Of a stretch of DNA of 64,000 bases, positions 62,824 to 64,000 are shown one piece after another (the stretch's first letter is position 1; the number at the start of each line of letters is the position of its first letter). Location of the stretch: NCBI RefSeq assembly GCF_000281045.1, contig NW_008246074.1:896433-960432 (forward strand), given 5' to 3'. The stretch comes from Saprolegnia diclina VS20 (Eukaryota). Both the position numbers and the translations under genes were made by a program. The notes beneath the pieces were generated by a model, which did no database searches, was not told the DNA's origin, and saw nothing but the letters and a program-made list of their open reading frames with translations.

Positions 62824-64000
62824 ATGAAGGTTGTCGTCGTCGGGTCTGGCATTGGCGGTATCTCGGCCGCCTACCACCTCGCCAAGGACGAGCACGAGGT
62901 CATTCTGGTCGACCGCGAAAACTACGTCGGCGGCCACACGTACGCGATCGAAGTCGATGGCGAGTCGGTGGACCTCGGCTTTATGATGTTTGGCGATTCG
63001 AACCCGAACATCAAGCAATGGTTCAAGGACTTTGGCGTCACAAAGGAGGACGGCACGACGTACAAGCGCATCCCGATGTCGCTCTCGGTCGACTCGGACG
63101 TGCCCGGCGACATGCAGTTCTCGTCGCGCAAGCCGTTTGCGTCGCTCCTCGAGCTCTTCTCGCTCAAGAAGTGGCGTGTCATCTACGACATTTACCAGTT
63201 TACTGTCGACCTCCTCACGATGCCCGTCAAGTCGAACGTCTCGACCGCCGAGTGGGCCAAGAGCAGCAAGTACTCGGAGGCGTTCTTCCGCCACTACTAC
63301 CTCCCGTTCGTCGCGATCCTCTGGACCGTCCCCAAGCACGACGTCATGGCGCTTCCCGCGTCGCAGTTTCTCCGCTGCCTCAAGACGCACTCGAACTCGC
63401 TCTACATTCCGCTCTGGCAGGTGATCATGGGCGCGATTGGCCGCCGCATGGACCGCCCCAAGCACCTCTGGTGGTACATTGGCTCGGCGTACAAGGCGCC
63501 GTTCCTCAAGTTTTTCACCGAGCACAAGGGCGTCGTCAAGACAAACGCCAAGGTTGTTGCGGTCGAGCAGGGCGGCAAGAGCGTGACGCTCGAAGACGGC
63601 GAGCGCATCGAATGCGACCATGTGGTGCTCGCTTGCCACGCTGAGGAGAGCGCGGCGCTCATGCCGTGGTCGACCAAGAACAACAACTTGATGGACTACT
63701 ACTTCCACAAGAGCCACATGTATGTGCACCGCGACGCTAGCTTCCTCTCGAACGACAAGAAGGCGTGGTCCAGCTGGAACGTGCGCATCACGGAAAACGA
63801 CGACTACATCCTCACGTACTGGATGAACCGCATCCAGCACCTCAAGACGACCCAGGACGTGTTTGTGACGATCACGCCCGGTGGCTACAAGGGCAAGACG
63901 CCGGCCAAGGACCTTCTCATTATGGACTTTCCTTGGGACCACCCGCGCCGCCTCGCCGACTGCATTCCCCAGGACGACATTCTCCAGGAGGAAGGCATTA
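62824..64000 (+). CDS. FAD-dependent amine-oxidase-superfamily protein (COG2907-like), runs off the window
   Basis: Absent from the ORF track because there is no stop in the window. MKVVVVGSGIGGISAAYHL, DRENYVGGH, VDLGFMMF, DHVVLACHA, VHRD.SF, AWSSWN, LTYWMNRIQ.L. Confidence 0.9.
   Translation, partial: MKVVVVGSGIGGISAAYHLAKDEHEVILVDRENYVGGHTYAIEVDGESVDLGFMMFGDSNPNIKQWFKDFGVTKEDGTTYKRIPMSLSVDSDVPGDMQFSSRKPFASLLELFSLKKWRVIYDIYQFTVDLLTMPVKSNVSTAEWAKSSKYSEAFFRHYYLPFVAILWTVPKHDVMALPASQFLRCLKTHSNSLYIPLWQVIMGAIGRRMDRPKHLWWYIGSAYKAPFLKFFTEHKGVVKTNAKVVAVEQGGKSVTLEDGERIECDHVVLACHAEESAALMPWSTKNNNLMDYYFHKSHMYVHRDASFLSNDKKAWSSWNVRITENDDYILTYWMNRIQHLKTTQDVFVTITPGGYKGKTPAKDLLIMDFPWDHPRRLADCIPQDDILQEEGI

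Overview
This is gene-dense, GC-rich (about 60%) eukaryotic DNA with many short GT-AG introns, CCAAT boxes and INR/FPR-like core promoters. Together with the gene content (PH-domain MAPK, IFT80, CEP131), this points to an oomycete, probably Saprolegniales (inference). I see about 23 protein-coding genes. In order: an Ala-rich repeat protein (5' truncated), PHYHD1-like dioxygenase, kinesin, two tandem GGCT-like genes, cytochrome P450, RPB11, CEP131, Angel-like EEP, a Kelch/Ig-like membrane protein, a BET bromodomain protein, PEX11, a GDH-like protein, a giant IQ/TPR/WW gene, an RNase T2-like protein, a Nudix CoA hydrolase, a PH-SnoaL-C2-MAPK, IFT80, Rab6, an ankyrin protein, poly(A) polymerase, a MED15-like protein, CTC1 and an FAD oxidoreductase (3' truncated), plus two hypotheticals. 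I recognise no RNA genes, CRISPR arrays or intact mobile elements. Most interesting: (1) a duplicated GGCT + MAPR/cytochrome-b5-like fusion pair lying tail-to-tail with a P450; (2) a GDH paralogue with four active-site residues replaced; (3) a secreted RNase T2 fold lacking both catalytic His motifs; (4) a giant IQ/TPR/WW protein with a dynein-MTBD-like segment whose stop codon overlaps the GDH-like stop; (5) a triple CxxHxLxxCxLC motif in the kinesin tail; (6) a hierarchical silk-like Ala-rich repeat; (7) a recurrent ATCCGGAT(AC) promoter palindrome. All family calls come from motif recognition by eye, and spliced gene limits are hand-modelled and approximate.
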